NCBI GenBank assembly: GCA_951406725.2
Contig: OX597837.1
Span: 18,290,001-18,354,000 of the forward strand
Direction: 5' to 3'
Length of the DNA: 64,000 nucleotides
DNA from: Octopus vulgaris
Taxonomy: Eukaryota
Position 1 is the first letter of the stretch. Each line of letters opens with the position of its first letter. The notes under the pieces are model-generated. The model had not been told where the DNA came from and searched no databases. It saw only the letters and a list, made by a program, of their open reading frames with translations. The translations under genes were made by a program, and so were the position numbers. This document shows, piece by piece, positions 26,400 to 38,660 of this stretch.

Positions 26400-29300
26400 C
26401 CTTTTATTTTTTAATAAATATTATCGACACTGTCGTCTCGTTTCAACTATGCTAGTCAAAGCCCCTCACACAGCTTCCGCCCACGTGTTCCTTGACCACT
26501 TCTCTCCCCCCTCCCTAACTAACCCTGTCCCTCTCCCTATGTTTCTATATGCCCCCGTCTTTCGATAACCACCATCGCCATATATAAACTAGCGAATGCA
26601 AATCGGGAACCCCACTCGCTTCCAACTCCACTACGAACGCACAGCTCGTGAACGGTTAAAGCTAAGATTTCTTCTTTCAACCTCACTTTCTCCTACCCTT
26701 TGCACGTATCATCATTATTCTTTCGTTATTCTTCAATTTTTCTCTCATGTTATTTTTTCAGTATCCTCTCATCATATTATTCTTTCAGTTTTCAACATGC
26801 CATTCATGTAATGTTTTTCGTTTAGTCTTGTCTCCTTGTTGCTCCCGTTTCATAGCCACTTATTGTTCCCCCTAAAATTTGACTTTCTCAGATTTTTCAA
26901 ACCTACTTTCTTGCTCTCACGATTAACAGAATCCTCTTCCTAGTTTGGGGGCATCCGCCCACCCACCCCCTCCACACATGCCGGAAGTTCCTATTCTTTG
27001 TCATCCCTGGGTTGCTTCCCTTGAAGACTGCAAATGCTCTTTCACCATCCCTACCCCTAGTTTCGACCTATGTAAGGTAATGTTCATACAGTGCAAAATA
27101 TGAATGGGTAGTGTTATGCAGGTTGCATTGAAGGCTACTGTATTACTTGCTCATGAATTCTGCCAAATGCGAGCTTTCTTTTCAGGTACATGAAGCTACT
27201 GTCCACCGTCGCAGGGTCTCTAGGGCCCATACCTCCCACACCCTCAGGGTTGGCACCCTCAACGTTGGCACACTGAAAGGTAGGTCTGGCGAGATAGTCG
27301 AGATGCTTGAACGGAGATGTGTGGATATATGTTGCATGCAAGAAGTAAGGTGGAGAGGAGGTTCTGCTAGGTTCCTCACAGGCAAGGAACACAGGTACAA
27401 TATTTTCTGGGCAGGAAACACTGACGGGGTTGGTGGCGTGGGTATACTTATCGCTGAGAAATGGGTAGATAAAGTAATTGAGGTAATCAGAGTATGTGAC
27501 AGAATACTTAAGATTAGATTAGTGCTTCATCATGGATTAGCAACCATTATATCAGCCTATGCTCCTCAGCCGGGGTTGCCCGATGGACAGAAAGACCGAT
27601 TCTATGACACTCTGCTGCAGACCACCTCGTTGACGAACGACAGAGACCTTCTCTTTGTGCTGGTGACTTCAATGGTCACGTTGGACGACATGCTGGGTGC
27701 TTCCATGGAGGCTGTGGCTATGGTTCCCGCAACGAGGAGGGAACCAGGCTGCTGGAGTTCTGCGATGCAAATAATCTTATGATTTGCAACACTAACTTCA
27801 GGAAACCTACCAGCCACCTAGTCACCTACCGATCGGGCCAACATACCAGCCAAATTGACTACATCCTTGCCAGGCAAAGGGAGAGATGGTTACTTATAAA
27901 TGCCAAAACCTTCCCAGGCGAAGAATGTACCCCACAACATAGACTGGTAGTTAGTGACTTTAGGATCAGGACTAGGAGGACGACCAACATGAAGAAGGAT
28001 CTGGGAGCTTAAAGATCCTGCGAATGGACAGAGATTTAGGGACATGCTACTTGAAGCCTTTGACGAAGTAGAAAGGGATAGAGTATCACATGGGGTAGAG
28101 GGCAACTGGAGGTTTCTAAGGGACAACCTGCTGAGAGCCACTGACCAGATCTGTGGCTGGTGCAAAGTCCCCTCTCATCCCAAGGTAACGTGGTGGTGGA
28201 ACAGTGTTGTAGACAGGGCTATTAGAGAAAAGAGACAGACTTGGAAGAATGGTGGTAGCAGGGAATTGTATCAGACTGCTAAAAGGGAAGCTAGGAGACA
28301 GGGGAAGCAGATAAGAAAATATTTGCCAATGTTCTGCACCGTGAGGACCAAAGACTGGAGGTGTTTCGCGTTGCAAGACAGTGTGTGAGAGAGAAGTGTG
28401 TTTGCATGGAAGATGGTTCACTTATGCTAAATGAGGATGCAAAGAGAGGCTTGGAGACGCCACTATGAAAGGTTGCTGAATAAAGAAAATGAATGGGATA
28501 AAGAGAGTCTGCCGAATGTTGACCCAACAGAGGGACCAGCTATCAGAGCTGATAGTTCCTTGGTAGTTAAGGCAATTAGAAGCATGAAGACAAGGAAGGC
28601 CCATCAGGTATCACTGCAGAGATGCTCAAAATATCTGGTAGTGTCGGCTTTAGCCTAGTCTCCTGTATAGTTAATCAGGTGATACACAAAGGAGTCATAC
28701 CCAATGACTGGTGTAGCAGCATAATAGTCAACTGCTACAAAGGTAAAGGTGATGCCCTAGATATAAATAATTACAGAGGTATCAAGCTGTTGGATCAGGT
28801 GATGAAGGTTACAGAGAGGGTCATAACCCAACTAATTAGAGAGAGAGTTAGTTTAGATGAGATGTAGTTTGGGTTCGTGCCAGGGAAAAGTACCACTGAT
28901 GTTATATTCCTGGTAAGGCAGCTGCAGGAGAAATACCTAGCCAAAGATAAGCCCCTGTACCTGGCTTTTGTTGACATGGAGAAAGCCTTCGACAGGGTTC
29001 CCCGATCCCTCATTTGGTGGTCAATGAGGAAACTAGGGATAGATGAATGGTTAGTGAGAGCTGTGCAAGCCATGTACAGGGACGCTGCTAGTAAGGTGAG
29101 GGTTGGCAACGAGTACAGTGAAGAATTCCGGGTAGGGGTAGGGGTCCACCAAGGCTCAGTCCTCAGCCCCCTCCTATTTATCATAGTCCTCCAGGCAATT
29201 ACGGAGGAATTCAAGACAGGATGCTCCTCTATGCTGATGACCTTGCTCTAATTGCTGAGTCACTATCAGAACTGGAGAAGTTTCAGGAAGCACGGTTTAG

Positions 29301-30140
29301 AATCGAAGGGCCTTAGAGTCAATCTAGCTAAAACCAAAGTCGTAATAAGTAGGAAGGTAGACAAATCACAAACGCCTTCAGGTAGATGGCCCTGCTCGAT
29401 CTGTAGAAAAGGTGTAGGTAGAAACTCTATAAGATGCACCAAGTGTAAGCTATGGACACATAAGAGGTGCAGCAATGTCAAAGGAAGGCTAACTAGGAAG
29501 ATGGTTTTTGTATGTGGCAGATGCTTGGGAGCATTAACCTCTGAAAATCTGCAGAAAACAACTTCTGTCACTTTCCAGGGGGAAGTAGTAGTTGATAGCT
29601 TCCGTTATCTTGGTGACCAAGTCAGTAGTGGGGGTGGGGGTGCTGAAAGTGTAACAGCTAGAGTAAGAATAGCCTGGGCAAAGTTTAGGGAGCTCTTACC
29701 TCTGTTGGTGACTAAAGGCCTCTCGCTCAGAGTAAAAGGCAGACTGTATGATGCATGTGTACGAACAGCCATGCTACATGGCAGTGAAACATGGGCCGTG
29801 ACTGCTGAGGACATGCTTAAGCTCGCGAGAAATGAAGCCAGTATGCTCCAATGGATGTGTAATGTCAGTGTGCATGCTCGACAGAGCGTTAGTACCCTGA
29901 GAGAAATGGACCTAAGGAGCATCAGTTGTGGTGTGCAAGAGAGACGATTGCGCTGGTATGGTCATGTGGCGAGAATGGATGAAGATAGGTGTGTGAAAAA
30001 GTGCCAATCCCTAGCAGTTGAGGGAACCCGTGGAAGAGGTAGACCCAGGAAAACCTGGGACGAGGTGGTGAAGCCCGACCTTCGAACTTTAGGTCTCACT
30101 GAGGAAATGACCAGCGACCGAGACCTTTGGAAATATGCTG
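26400..30140 (+). mobile_element. Near full-length RTE-clade LINE (probable 5' UTR, APE endonuclease, RT with internal PHD finger), frameshifted, 3' UTR missing
   Basis: Endonuclease TLNVGTL, MQEVRW, SAYAPQ, QIDYIL; RT NYRGIKL, FVDMEKAFDRVPR, GVHQGSVLSPLLF, tatgctgatgac (YADD); C-terminal RGRGRPRKTW. The 5' boundary is approximate. Confidence 0.92.
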
Positions 30141-30849
30141 TTTTTATAGTTTAAACAGACAAAATGCTGCTAAGTTTTTTGTGTCAACCTATCTGAGACC
30201 ACATTTCATTTTGTGATATAAAATGAGACCAGCTGGTCTAAAAAGCTTGTATTCAGAAACTTTACCATCATAATATATGTAAGGACGTTTATGTTTCAAA
30301 CAGCTTAATAATTAAAAATCTGTTACTAAATATATCCAAATTCTTTAAAAATATGGTTGCAAAAGGGTTAAACTATCGTAACAAAAACATTGGTGTGGGT
30401 GCTGATACCATGTGAAAAGCACCTAGTACTCTGTCAAGCGTTTAGTGTTAGGGAGGGCATTCAGTTATTGAAACCGAGCCAAACAGTTCCTGTCAAGCCA
30501 TTCAGCCCATGCCAGCATGGAAAAGAAACTAAATGTTGATGTGTTCCCTTTACCATTCATTTTTTTTTATTTATAGTTGCATGATTAGCAGTTAAAAAAC
30601 AATGGTGGCCAACTGTAAAAAGAAATACTTGTATGTTAAAGTTTACTGCCTCATTTTCATTGCTCTTCTCTCATTGTATGAATGTATATCTGTATCTAGG
30701 CTTTCCATGTTGGCATTTGTTAGACAATCTGTGTTGGCACAGCATTTGGCAATTTATTGTAGTTCTTTACCATTTCCTTTGGGTCCATGCCAGCAACAGC
30801 ACAGTTTCCCTAACACACCAATGGCTGATCCTAACTTAAATATGTATAT

Positions 30850-31450
30850 TAACTCTGCAACCCTTGCCAGAAAAATATCAGCAAGCATCCTAACATCTTA
30901 AAGAGACTGGCAGCTACTGGTGGATCTTGATCATCAGCTGAAGTTCCCTGGCCACATTGTGGTCAGCAACCAGACATTGTCCTTGTTTCTGAGTCCACCA
31001 AGCAAGTGGTGCTGTTGGAGTTGACGGTCCCATGGGAAGATCGCCTGGAAGAAGCTTTTGAGAGAAAGCCCTCCAAGTACGCGGGTCTGATCAGTGACTG
31101 CCAGCAGGCTGGTTGGAGAGTGAGGTGTCTCCCAGTGGAGGTTGGATGTAGGGGTTTTGCAGCCCATTCCCTGATCAGAGCCTTCAGCAGTTTGGTCATC
31201 GAGGGAGTGAGGAGGCAGAAGGCCATCCGCAGTACCACCGATGCTGCAGAGAGGGCCTCAAGATGGCTGTGGATCAAAAGAGGAGAGCCATGGGGTAGCT
31301 AGTAGGCCATCTGGACACAAACTGGGTTCTGATCAGCCCCAGTTGGGTCACCTAGAAGAGGGTGTATGATGTTGAAAGACCCGAAACACCCGCTGATACC
31401 AGGCACATCACTGACGATGTGTCCAGATGCATCAGTCATTGATGTATGCA
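30850..31450 (+). mobile_element. 3' fragment of a Hero-like non-LTR retrotransposon (restriction-like endonuclease + 3' UTR)
   Basis: DWQLLVDL..LKFP, PDIVL..ELTVPWE..AFERK..KY..L..GW...PVEVGCRGF...AERASRWLWIKR: PD-(D/E)xK-type endonuclease typical of the Hero clade. Confidence 0.85.
31308..31429 (+). ncRNA. Rearranged (non-circularly permuted) hammerhead ribozyme motif
   Basis: GGGTG-TA-TGATGT (31360-31372) ... GACCC-GAAA-CACCC (31378-31391) ... ACATCA-CTGACGA-TGTGTCCAGATG (31405-31429). Partner strands CATCTGGACACA (31308-31319) and GGGTC (31345-31349). Confidence 0.7.
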
Positions 31451-31619
31451 CACAATTTCAAAAGCACATTCAACAGAATTTATTCTTTTGCTAGATTGTC
31501 ATTATTCAAGACTATCAACCACTTTACTTACTTCAATCTAATACTTATTTCATTGATTTGAGTTTAATGAGTGGCTAAGTTGCCATTTTTTGGCTTAACA
31601 GGAATGCACCAGTACAGAT

Positions 31620-31815
31620 ACATCATCATCATTTAACGTCTGTTTTCCATGCTAGCATGGGTTGGACGGTTTGACTGGGGTCTGGGAAGCCAGGAGGTTG
31701 CACCAGGCTCCAGTCTGATCTGGTAGTGTTTCTACAGCTGGATGCCCTTCCTAATGCCAACCACTCCAAGAGTGTAGCGGGTGCTTTATACGTGCCACCG
31801 GTACAGGGGCCAGAG
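31620..31815 (-). mobile_element. RTE 3' UTR/tail fragment
   Basis: Reverse complement of the RTE 3' end including the (GAT)n tail. Confidence 0.85.
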
Positions 31816-31942
31816 TACAGTATTTATATGTATGTACACATTATATATATATACATTATATAAATCTTGATTGACCAGAAGCAACAATTTATAGGATTCA
31901 GTACAAGTGTATCTTTTAAAACATTATAACTGAAAGTAGTAA

Positions 31943-32240
31943 AGGTGCATGGCTTAATAGTTAGGGTGTTCGGATCACTATAGTAAGATTATGAGTTTGA
32001 TTCCTGGTGGTGTTGTATGTCCTTTATTTTATGTTTCTCCAGTCCATTCAGCTGGCAAAAATTAGTTGTACTTGTAATTCAAAGGACCAGCCTTGTCGCA
32101 TTCTGTGTCACGCTGAATCTCCCTGAGAATTACATTATGGGCACATGTGTCTGGAATGCTCAGCCACTTGCATTTTAACCTCATAAGCAGGATGTTTCCT
32201 TGATCAATAACCAACAGAACACCAGTTATAACTGAAAGGA
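31943..32240 (+). mobile_element. tRNA-derived SINE (CORE-like); relatives at about 33628-33900, 57485-57640, 59944-60190
   Basis: A-box/B-box-like head (gcatggcttaatagttagg...gtttgattcc) followed by a ctccagtccattcagctggcaaaaat body shared among the copies. Confidence 0.75.
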
Positions 32241-32377
32241 ACCAATTTCCAGTACTTGGTGTTTCTAGTAACTCATCAGATGGTAGTTCCAGCCAGCTTT
32301 GCTTTTGAAATATGAAACAAAAGTTTCAAGAAAATGTTTATCTTTGTTCTCTTTGCTTAAAAAAAAATGTGTGATAT

Positions 32378-32730
32378 ATGCGTAGGAGTGACTGTGTGGT
32401 AAGTAGCTTGCTTATGAACCACATGGTTCTGGGTTCAGTCCCACTGCTTGGCACCTTGGGCAAGTGTCTTCTACTATAGCCTTAGGTCGATCAAGATTTG
32501 GTAGACGGAAACTGAAAGAAGTCCATTGTATATATGTATATATATATATATGTCTGTGTTTGTCCCCCCAACATCGCTTGACAACCGATGCTGGTGTGTT
32601 TACATCCCCGTAACTTAGTGGTTCGATAGAATAAGTACTAGGCTTAAAACGAACAAGTCCTGGGGTCGATTTGCTCGACTAAAAGCAGTGCTCCAGCATG
32701 GTCACAGTCAAATGACTGAAACAAGTAAAA
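32378..32730 (+). mobile_element. tRNA-derived SINE, second subfamily
   Basis: Head gtgtggtaagtagcttgc...gggttcagtccc, body caccttgggcaagtgtcttc, tail ccagcatggtcacagtcaaatgactgaaacaagtaaaaga. Confidence 0.8.
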
Positions 32731-35712
32731 GATATGTGAAAAAATGGCTGCTTCACATTCTCATGGGAATATTTAAACATCTTAAAACTTCTTAAGTGTG
32801 AAGTCACTCTTATAATTTTCCTCATAAAATTGCATCATTGTTTTAAGGTAATAGTTTTAATATTTTTAAAGTCAATGAATGTGTGTGCACTTGTGTTGAT
32901 GTATACATATACATGCACAGTTATATGCACACATTAAACATTTCAATACCATTTTTTTCAGCACCAGGTTGATATTTACATAAAAGTTACTTAGTGTCAT
33001 GTATGCAGTGCTAACAGTTCCATTCTTTTGTTAAAATTTTTGCTCCAAGGTCACTCCAGATTTTTTATTTGAAGCTACTGGTCCTGTACTATTAATTGGG
33101 TAGTTTTGAATTTATATATGAGGACATCCCACACAAGAACCATATAATTTTGAACACAACTTTACTGTATCTGCTATCAGGTCTAACAACTTCTAAATGT
33201 TCATTCTGTTGCCCCATTATATATTTTAGGTTCATTTTTGTTGTTTGTTTCTACTTTGGTGCTGTATGCTATCAACTTTGCCTGACTGTTAAAGGAGAAA
33301 AGGCAGGAATGGAAGCAGAATTTGATAATTCTGTTAAAGTTTGACCATTTGGCTTATCAGCATATCTCTTACTGTATTGTTTTCTTTAATGAAGTAGCTG
33401 GATGCTGTACAGTGACAACAATGTATCTCAAGGGTATCACAGATATGTATTTAGTCCCCAAAATGAACAGCCTTGACATCTGAGCATCAAAGAGTGAACT
33501 TTTCATTATTTCCGACAAGGTGCCTCACAGTGAAATCTAGCACTACATTGTGAAACAAACTTCTTAACCACACAGATATATCCATGGAATAGGAAAGGTT
33601 GTTTTTAGTGATGGAAGTTAGACATGTGGAGGCACATAGCTTACTGGTGAGGGTGTAGGACTCCTGATCGTAAGGTTTTGGTTTTGATTCCTGGACCAGG
33701 TGACACATTGTGGTCTTGAGCAAAACACTTCATTTCAATTTGCCCCAGTTCACTCAATTGACAAGATTAATCCTGTGATGGACCAATGTATATGCCATGA
33801 AACTGAGAAACCGGCCCTTATGAGTCTGTATGATTCAATAATGTAACTGAACTTTTAAGGTAGTGCTCCAGTGTGGCCACAGTCAAGTAAGTGAAAGAAT
33901 GTAAACACAGAAAGAGGAAAGCTGAATCTGAAAAAAAAAACATAAAATGGCCCTGGGTGGAGCAATTTTCACCTTTCTTGCTTGCAACACTACAGAACAA
34001 CTATTTGACTCCGAGAATACATAACCAGTATACATGGAAGACACAGGTGGAGAACTGGCAGAATCAGTAGAGCATCAGACAAGATGCCCTGTGTTATTTG
34101 TTCCTGCACCTTGCATCCTGAATTCAGGATCAACAAATAAAGGTGATGCCATGTGGTATTTCTTCTGACTCTGTGTTCTCAGTTCAAATCCTGTTCTAGC
34201 TAACTTGTGTGATAAATTTAGTCCATTGCCCTGTTTGCAACCCACCTGATACTTTAGCAAAGTCCACTCTGTTGCAAGCATGCATTCGGGCCCAGTCTCC
34301 AACCTTCCCCACTTCCTACATCCCACTACTTTTGGATGACCTCTAAATGGTCATCAGAATAGCCCTTCCTTCCTGATTAAAAAAAATAACACAGACAGCT
34401 TCCACATTTGACCAACACAAAAGAACATTAGATGGTTGACACTAGCCCCTCCTGGGTCTCCAATCTCTCCATTAGCAACAAATAACAGCAAACTGCATCA
34501 TGAAGCTGATTTTCTACAGCTGGATGCCCTTCCTGTTGCTAGCCTTCATCTATTTCTAAATAAGGTAATATTTACCTCCTGGCCAGACATTTTCACAAAT
34601 GATTGGAAATGAAGGGCACCACTTGCATTGCAGTGTCACTCATTTACTACTTTTACATGATGTCAAGACTAGGAAACACAAACACACCCATCCATGCATA
34701 AATACTCAAACAAAAAAAATATACAACAAGCTTCTTGCAGTTTCTCCCTACCAAATCCACTCACAAGGCTTTGGTCAGCTCAGGGCTATTGTAAATGACC
34801 CTAGTCTAAGATCCCATGCAAAGAGACTGAATGTGAAACTGCTTGTTTGGTATCAAAACAGTAAAATATCAAGGACATCTGAAATCTTGATTTCTAACAT
34901 CTTCACTATAGCATCATTCTTCAACTTGGATTCCAATTCTAACTCTTTTGTGATTGGATTTCTAATGAAGTTCAATGTCTTAATGTTTCAATAAATTTTG
35001 AAATGAATCAACAACTCGATTTAGTATTTTAGGTTGGTCACTTGGCAGAATCATTAGTGCATCAAACAAAATTATGTGTAGTATTTCTTCCAGCTCTTTG
35101 CATTCTGGGTTCAAATCCTGCTGAAGCCAAATTTGCCTTTCATCCTTCCAGGTAAGGGGTGGGTCAATAAAATAAAGTACTAACTCTCTCCCCAAAATTT
35201 CTGGCCCTTCACCTTTGTAAAAAAAACAATTGTTCATAAAATTATGAGAAGAGGTTTTAACATTAATATGGACACTAAAGCAAAAGATATTGTACAAGAA
35301 ACCCAAAATTGGTATCAGAAAGAGTTACAGATCAAACATATATTTACTGTATTATATAATGAGGTATGATATTTTCGTTATATAAATTATTGTAGCTTCT
35401 TTTCTGCCTGTTGCAGTTGATCATAAATTACATCATGCTCCTATAGAGTTATGGTTTCCCAGAAAACTGGGAACTCTTAGCTTAAAAGCATTCAACTACT
35501 GTTATCAGTGAATACAAAGAAATGCAAATATCTAAAGAAAACAAACAGGTTGTTTTTATTTTTCTTCATTAGAATTGGATTGGGAAATAAATAATGTCTC
35601 TAAAAGTGAATTTGTTTCAAAATTTAAAAAAATCATTCCAAGTCAATAAATTTGCAACTTTTATTTGAACTTGGTTTAGTTCAAAGCTACCTAGAACCAT
35701 TCCCAGTCTTAT

Positions 35713-37032
35713 CTAGACACCTTGTGATACAAATCTATATGTACTGATAGTTTTTTCATAAAGTTTGTTTCTTGGATGATAGAGACTAGAATAAATTGAT
35801 ACTTCTTCTTCGTTCTCCATCTCCAAATGAAAAATCTTTACCGTAACTTCATGGAATTCTTCTCCAAACAGGTTTTCTTCCACAAACTGATCTGCTTCCT
35901 TCAGATCATGTTTCAGGCTGGTCACATGACAACATTCAATAGAGTTGTAGTAAGGATCAACAACATACATTAAAAGATTAAATACAATGATTATGACAGG
36001 CTCACCAGTTGCAACGAAAGGCCTTATGGGAGAACTAAACAAATAGCAACCAACAATTACTGGGAAAAACATAGAGAAGATCCAAGTAATAATGGCCCTT
36101 ATGGTGTGACCATGATTCCATTGACTGATTTGATGACAGGCAATTGCTTCAAGGTTGTTCCAGTTCAGAAGCTTCCAGCTTAATGCTTCTGCATCTTCTT
36201 TTGTATGATAGAAATATCTGTCAATTCTTATGGTTTTTCGAAACAGAATTTGATGAAATAAAGCAAGATTAAACTGTATAAAATTTGGCCTTATTGGTTT
36301 AGATGTTAATTCTACTTTTTTTATATTGATATCAGCAAGACTTGCAATACGTCTCACGTTGTTTCGAAATACAGCATTTAATTCTTGAGGTTTTGAAGTT
36401 ATTTCATTCCATAAACTAATTAAAACAATAAATGGAATTAAGGCAGTCCAGACATATAAGAGGAAGAGACCGCCAATGATGTGATGACCAGCAAGGAAAA
36501 TGGTGAGCAGGGATAAAAAAAAAACTAAGCTTAAGTTTAGCTGCACAAAATGGTTAAAAAAAAAACTTGATATTGATTCGGAGGGAAAGTGATATGAATT
36601 TTTTAAAATAAAATTGATATAGGACCACTTGAACATATAGTAAATTATGTAAAATAAACTCATGCAAATTGTGATCATATATGTCCTAAAAACATCATTG
36701 TTTACAAAATTGCCCTTGGGGAAAAAAATACTTAAAACAATCCACTGGGAATGTAGAAAGTCTTCAATGTAAATTGAAGTTACAAAAGAACATTTGATTA
36801 AAGCAAGGAAGCAGTAGAAATAGATTCGGTGAGATTGATACGATTTTAGCTCATCAAAACTTTCCTGTGTGAAAGCAATTCCTCTCCGAAGTGGTGGAGT
36901 TTTAAGTCCATTTAAATATATTTTATAATGAAAGGCAAGTACAAATTTCAATATCAATATTATCCAGTTCCAAACAACACCCAGCTGGAAAATGGTTTCA
37001 AATCCAAGTACAATATTTGGTAATAGACCCAT
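35713..37032 (-). CDS. Divergent CAAX prenyl protease 1 (Ste24/ZMPSTE24, peptidase M48) paralog, predicted catalytically inactive; CDS without introns
   Basis: Uninterrupted 439-aa multi-pass membrane ORF colinear with ZMPSTE24: PP..QESFDELKSYQ, WSYINFILKNSYHF..SISSFF, IIGGLFLLYVW, LEAIACHQISQWNHGHTI (vs VLAVLGHELGHWKLGHTV), KEADQF. Minus-strand AATAAA at 35660-35665; polypyrimidine-AG acceptor at about 37215 upstream of the ATG. Confidence 0.8.
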   Translation of the reverse strand: MGLLPNIVLGFETIFQLGVVWNWIILILKFVLAFHYKIYLNGLKTPPLRRGIAFTQESFDELKSYQSHRIYFYCFLALIKCSFVTSIYIEDFLHSQWIVLSIFFPKGNFVNNDVFRTYMITICMSLFYIIYYMFKWSYINFILKNSYHFPSESISSFFFNHFVQLNLSLVFFLSLLTIFLAGHHIIGGLFLLYVWTALIPFIVLISLWNEITSKPQELNAVFRNNVRRIASLADINIKKVELTSKPIRPNFIQFNLALFHQILFRKTIRIDRYFYHTKEDAEALSWKLLNWNNLEAIACHQISQWNHGHTIRAIITWIFSMFFPVIVGCYLFSSPIRPFVATGEPVIIIVFNLLMYVVDPYYNSIECCHVTSLKHDLKEADQFVEENLFGEEFHEVTVKIFHLEMENEEEVSIYSSLYHPRNKLYEKTISTYRFVSQGV

Positions 37033-38474
37033 ATTTTATAAATGTGGCCAATACTTCTGGATAACCCTTATTTTCTTGAAAGTTTCTCACATTTCAAGCA
37101 TGTTGTGATGACATCATGACATTGATGATGTCATAGCTGTTAAGATGAACTTCATGTGACTGAACATTTTCACATTACATCTACTTTCATGTAATACAGA
37201 AATTTAGCAGCTGACTAAAATTAAAATAGCAAAAAAAGAAGAAAGAAAAAAAATGGAAGGGCCAAACTTACAATAGAAAGAAAAAAAAAGTAGTTATCTT
37301 TCAAAACCAAACAAGAAAAATAATTTTGAATCCGTGACATCTCTTATCAGATAATATTATTGACTTCAGGAGAGTAAAAAATGACCATGAATATTATTAT
37401 ATAAAGAGTTGAACCAGTGGATATATTTTATGCTATGAAAGAAATCTAACACTTAAAGTCTCAGAACTTTTTGTCTTTAAAAACTAAGTCTTTTCTTCCT
37501 CATAGCATAAAATTTATTGCTAACTTCCTTTAATTCTATCATTTGTAAATATTTAAGCTAAGTGAAATCATTACCTTGTAGGTGTAAAGAGTTTATCCTC
37601 TGCACAATAACTGATGCACAAAGCCAGTAATTTCTAAGTGAGATATAGTTAACATCAATTTCAGGTTTTGACTGGAATTTATCTGAAAGGAAGAAAGGCA
37701 AAAGTTGACCTTGGTAAGATTTGAACTCAGCATGGAAGGAAACACTGCAAGGCATTTTTCGCAATTCTGCCACTTCACCACACTAGTAATAATGATGATG
37801 ATGTCTTATATAGGCACAAGGCCAACAAATTCAAGAGGAGAGGTTAGTCAATTATATCAACCTCCAGCATTTTGCTGATATTTTATTTTATTAACCCCAG
37901 GGGGATGAAAGACAAAGTTGACCAAGGCATGGTTTGAACTCAGAACATAAAGGGACAGAACAAGTATCACATGATATTTTTTCTGAAGCCCTAATGATTA
38001 TGCCACTCCACTACACTAATAATCACTATCATCATCATCATCATCATGGCAGTGGTGGTGGTGATATTAGTAGGAGACCCATGAAATTATTTACATTTTT
38101 TTATAAATGTTTTCAATTCTGTTCTGATACATGAATTTATACATCTTCAGGATATTTGTTTCATTATTTTAAAGATTTATTTCATGTCTTCAATTTCATT
38201 CCATAGTCGAGGCTGTTGAAGGCACAACACACTGCAAGATATTACTTCAAACACAGGCTCATGAAACCAATTTTGAGGAAGAAAGAGTGCAGCTAATTAA
38301 ATCAATTCCAATACTTACATTTTATAGCCCATGAAGGAGGACAGAAAAAGTTGACTGTGATGGGATTGGAAATCAGAACAATTAAATATCACAGGACATT
38401 TTGTCAAATGCTCATTTCCTCATAGGAATATTATTTCTTCATTTTGCTATTCATGCACTGAAATATTAGTTTCA

Positions 38475-38660
38475 AATTTTGGGGGAGGCGATAAGTTGAT
38501 TACATTAACCCCAGTGCTTAACTGGTGCTTATTTTATTGACCCCGAAAGGATGAAAGGCAAAATCAACCTCATACGAATTTGAACTCAGAATATAAAAAC
38601 AGATGAAATGCCACTGAGTATTTTGCCCAGTGTGCTAATGATTCTACCAGCTCACCACCT
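38475..38660 (-). mobile_element. SINE of a third family; relatives at about 25745-25928(-), 35035-35220(+), 37600-37780(-), 37810-38010(-), 59655-59860(-), 63150-63330(+)
   Basis: Shared consensus ggtgagctggcagaatc..ttctgagttcaaatt..tttgcctttcatcctttcggggtc.ataaaataag.accag. Confidence 0.8.

Noticed and set aside
26400-27140. HDV-like ribozyme expected in an RTE 5' UTR
   Set aside because: I could not assemble the nested double pseudoknot by eye; a covariance-model search is needed.
31943-32020. tRNA-like sequences (also near 32.4, 33.6, 57.5 and 59.9 kb)
   Set aside because: Degenerate cloverleaf continuing into shared SINE bodies; these are SINE heads, not tRNA genes.
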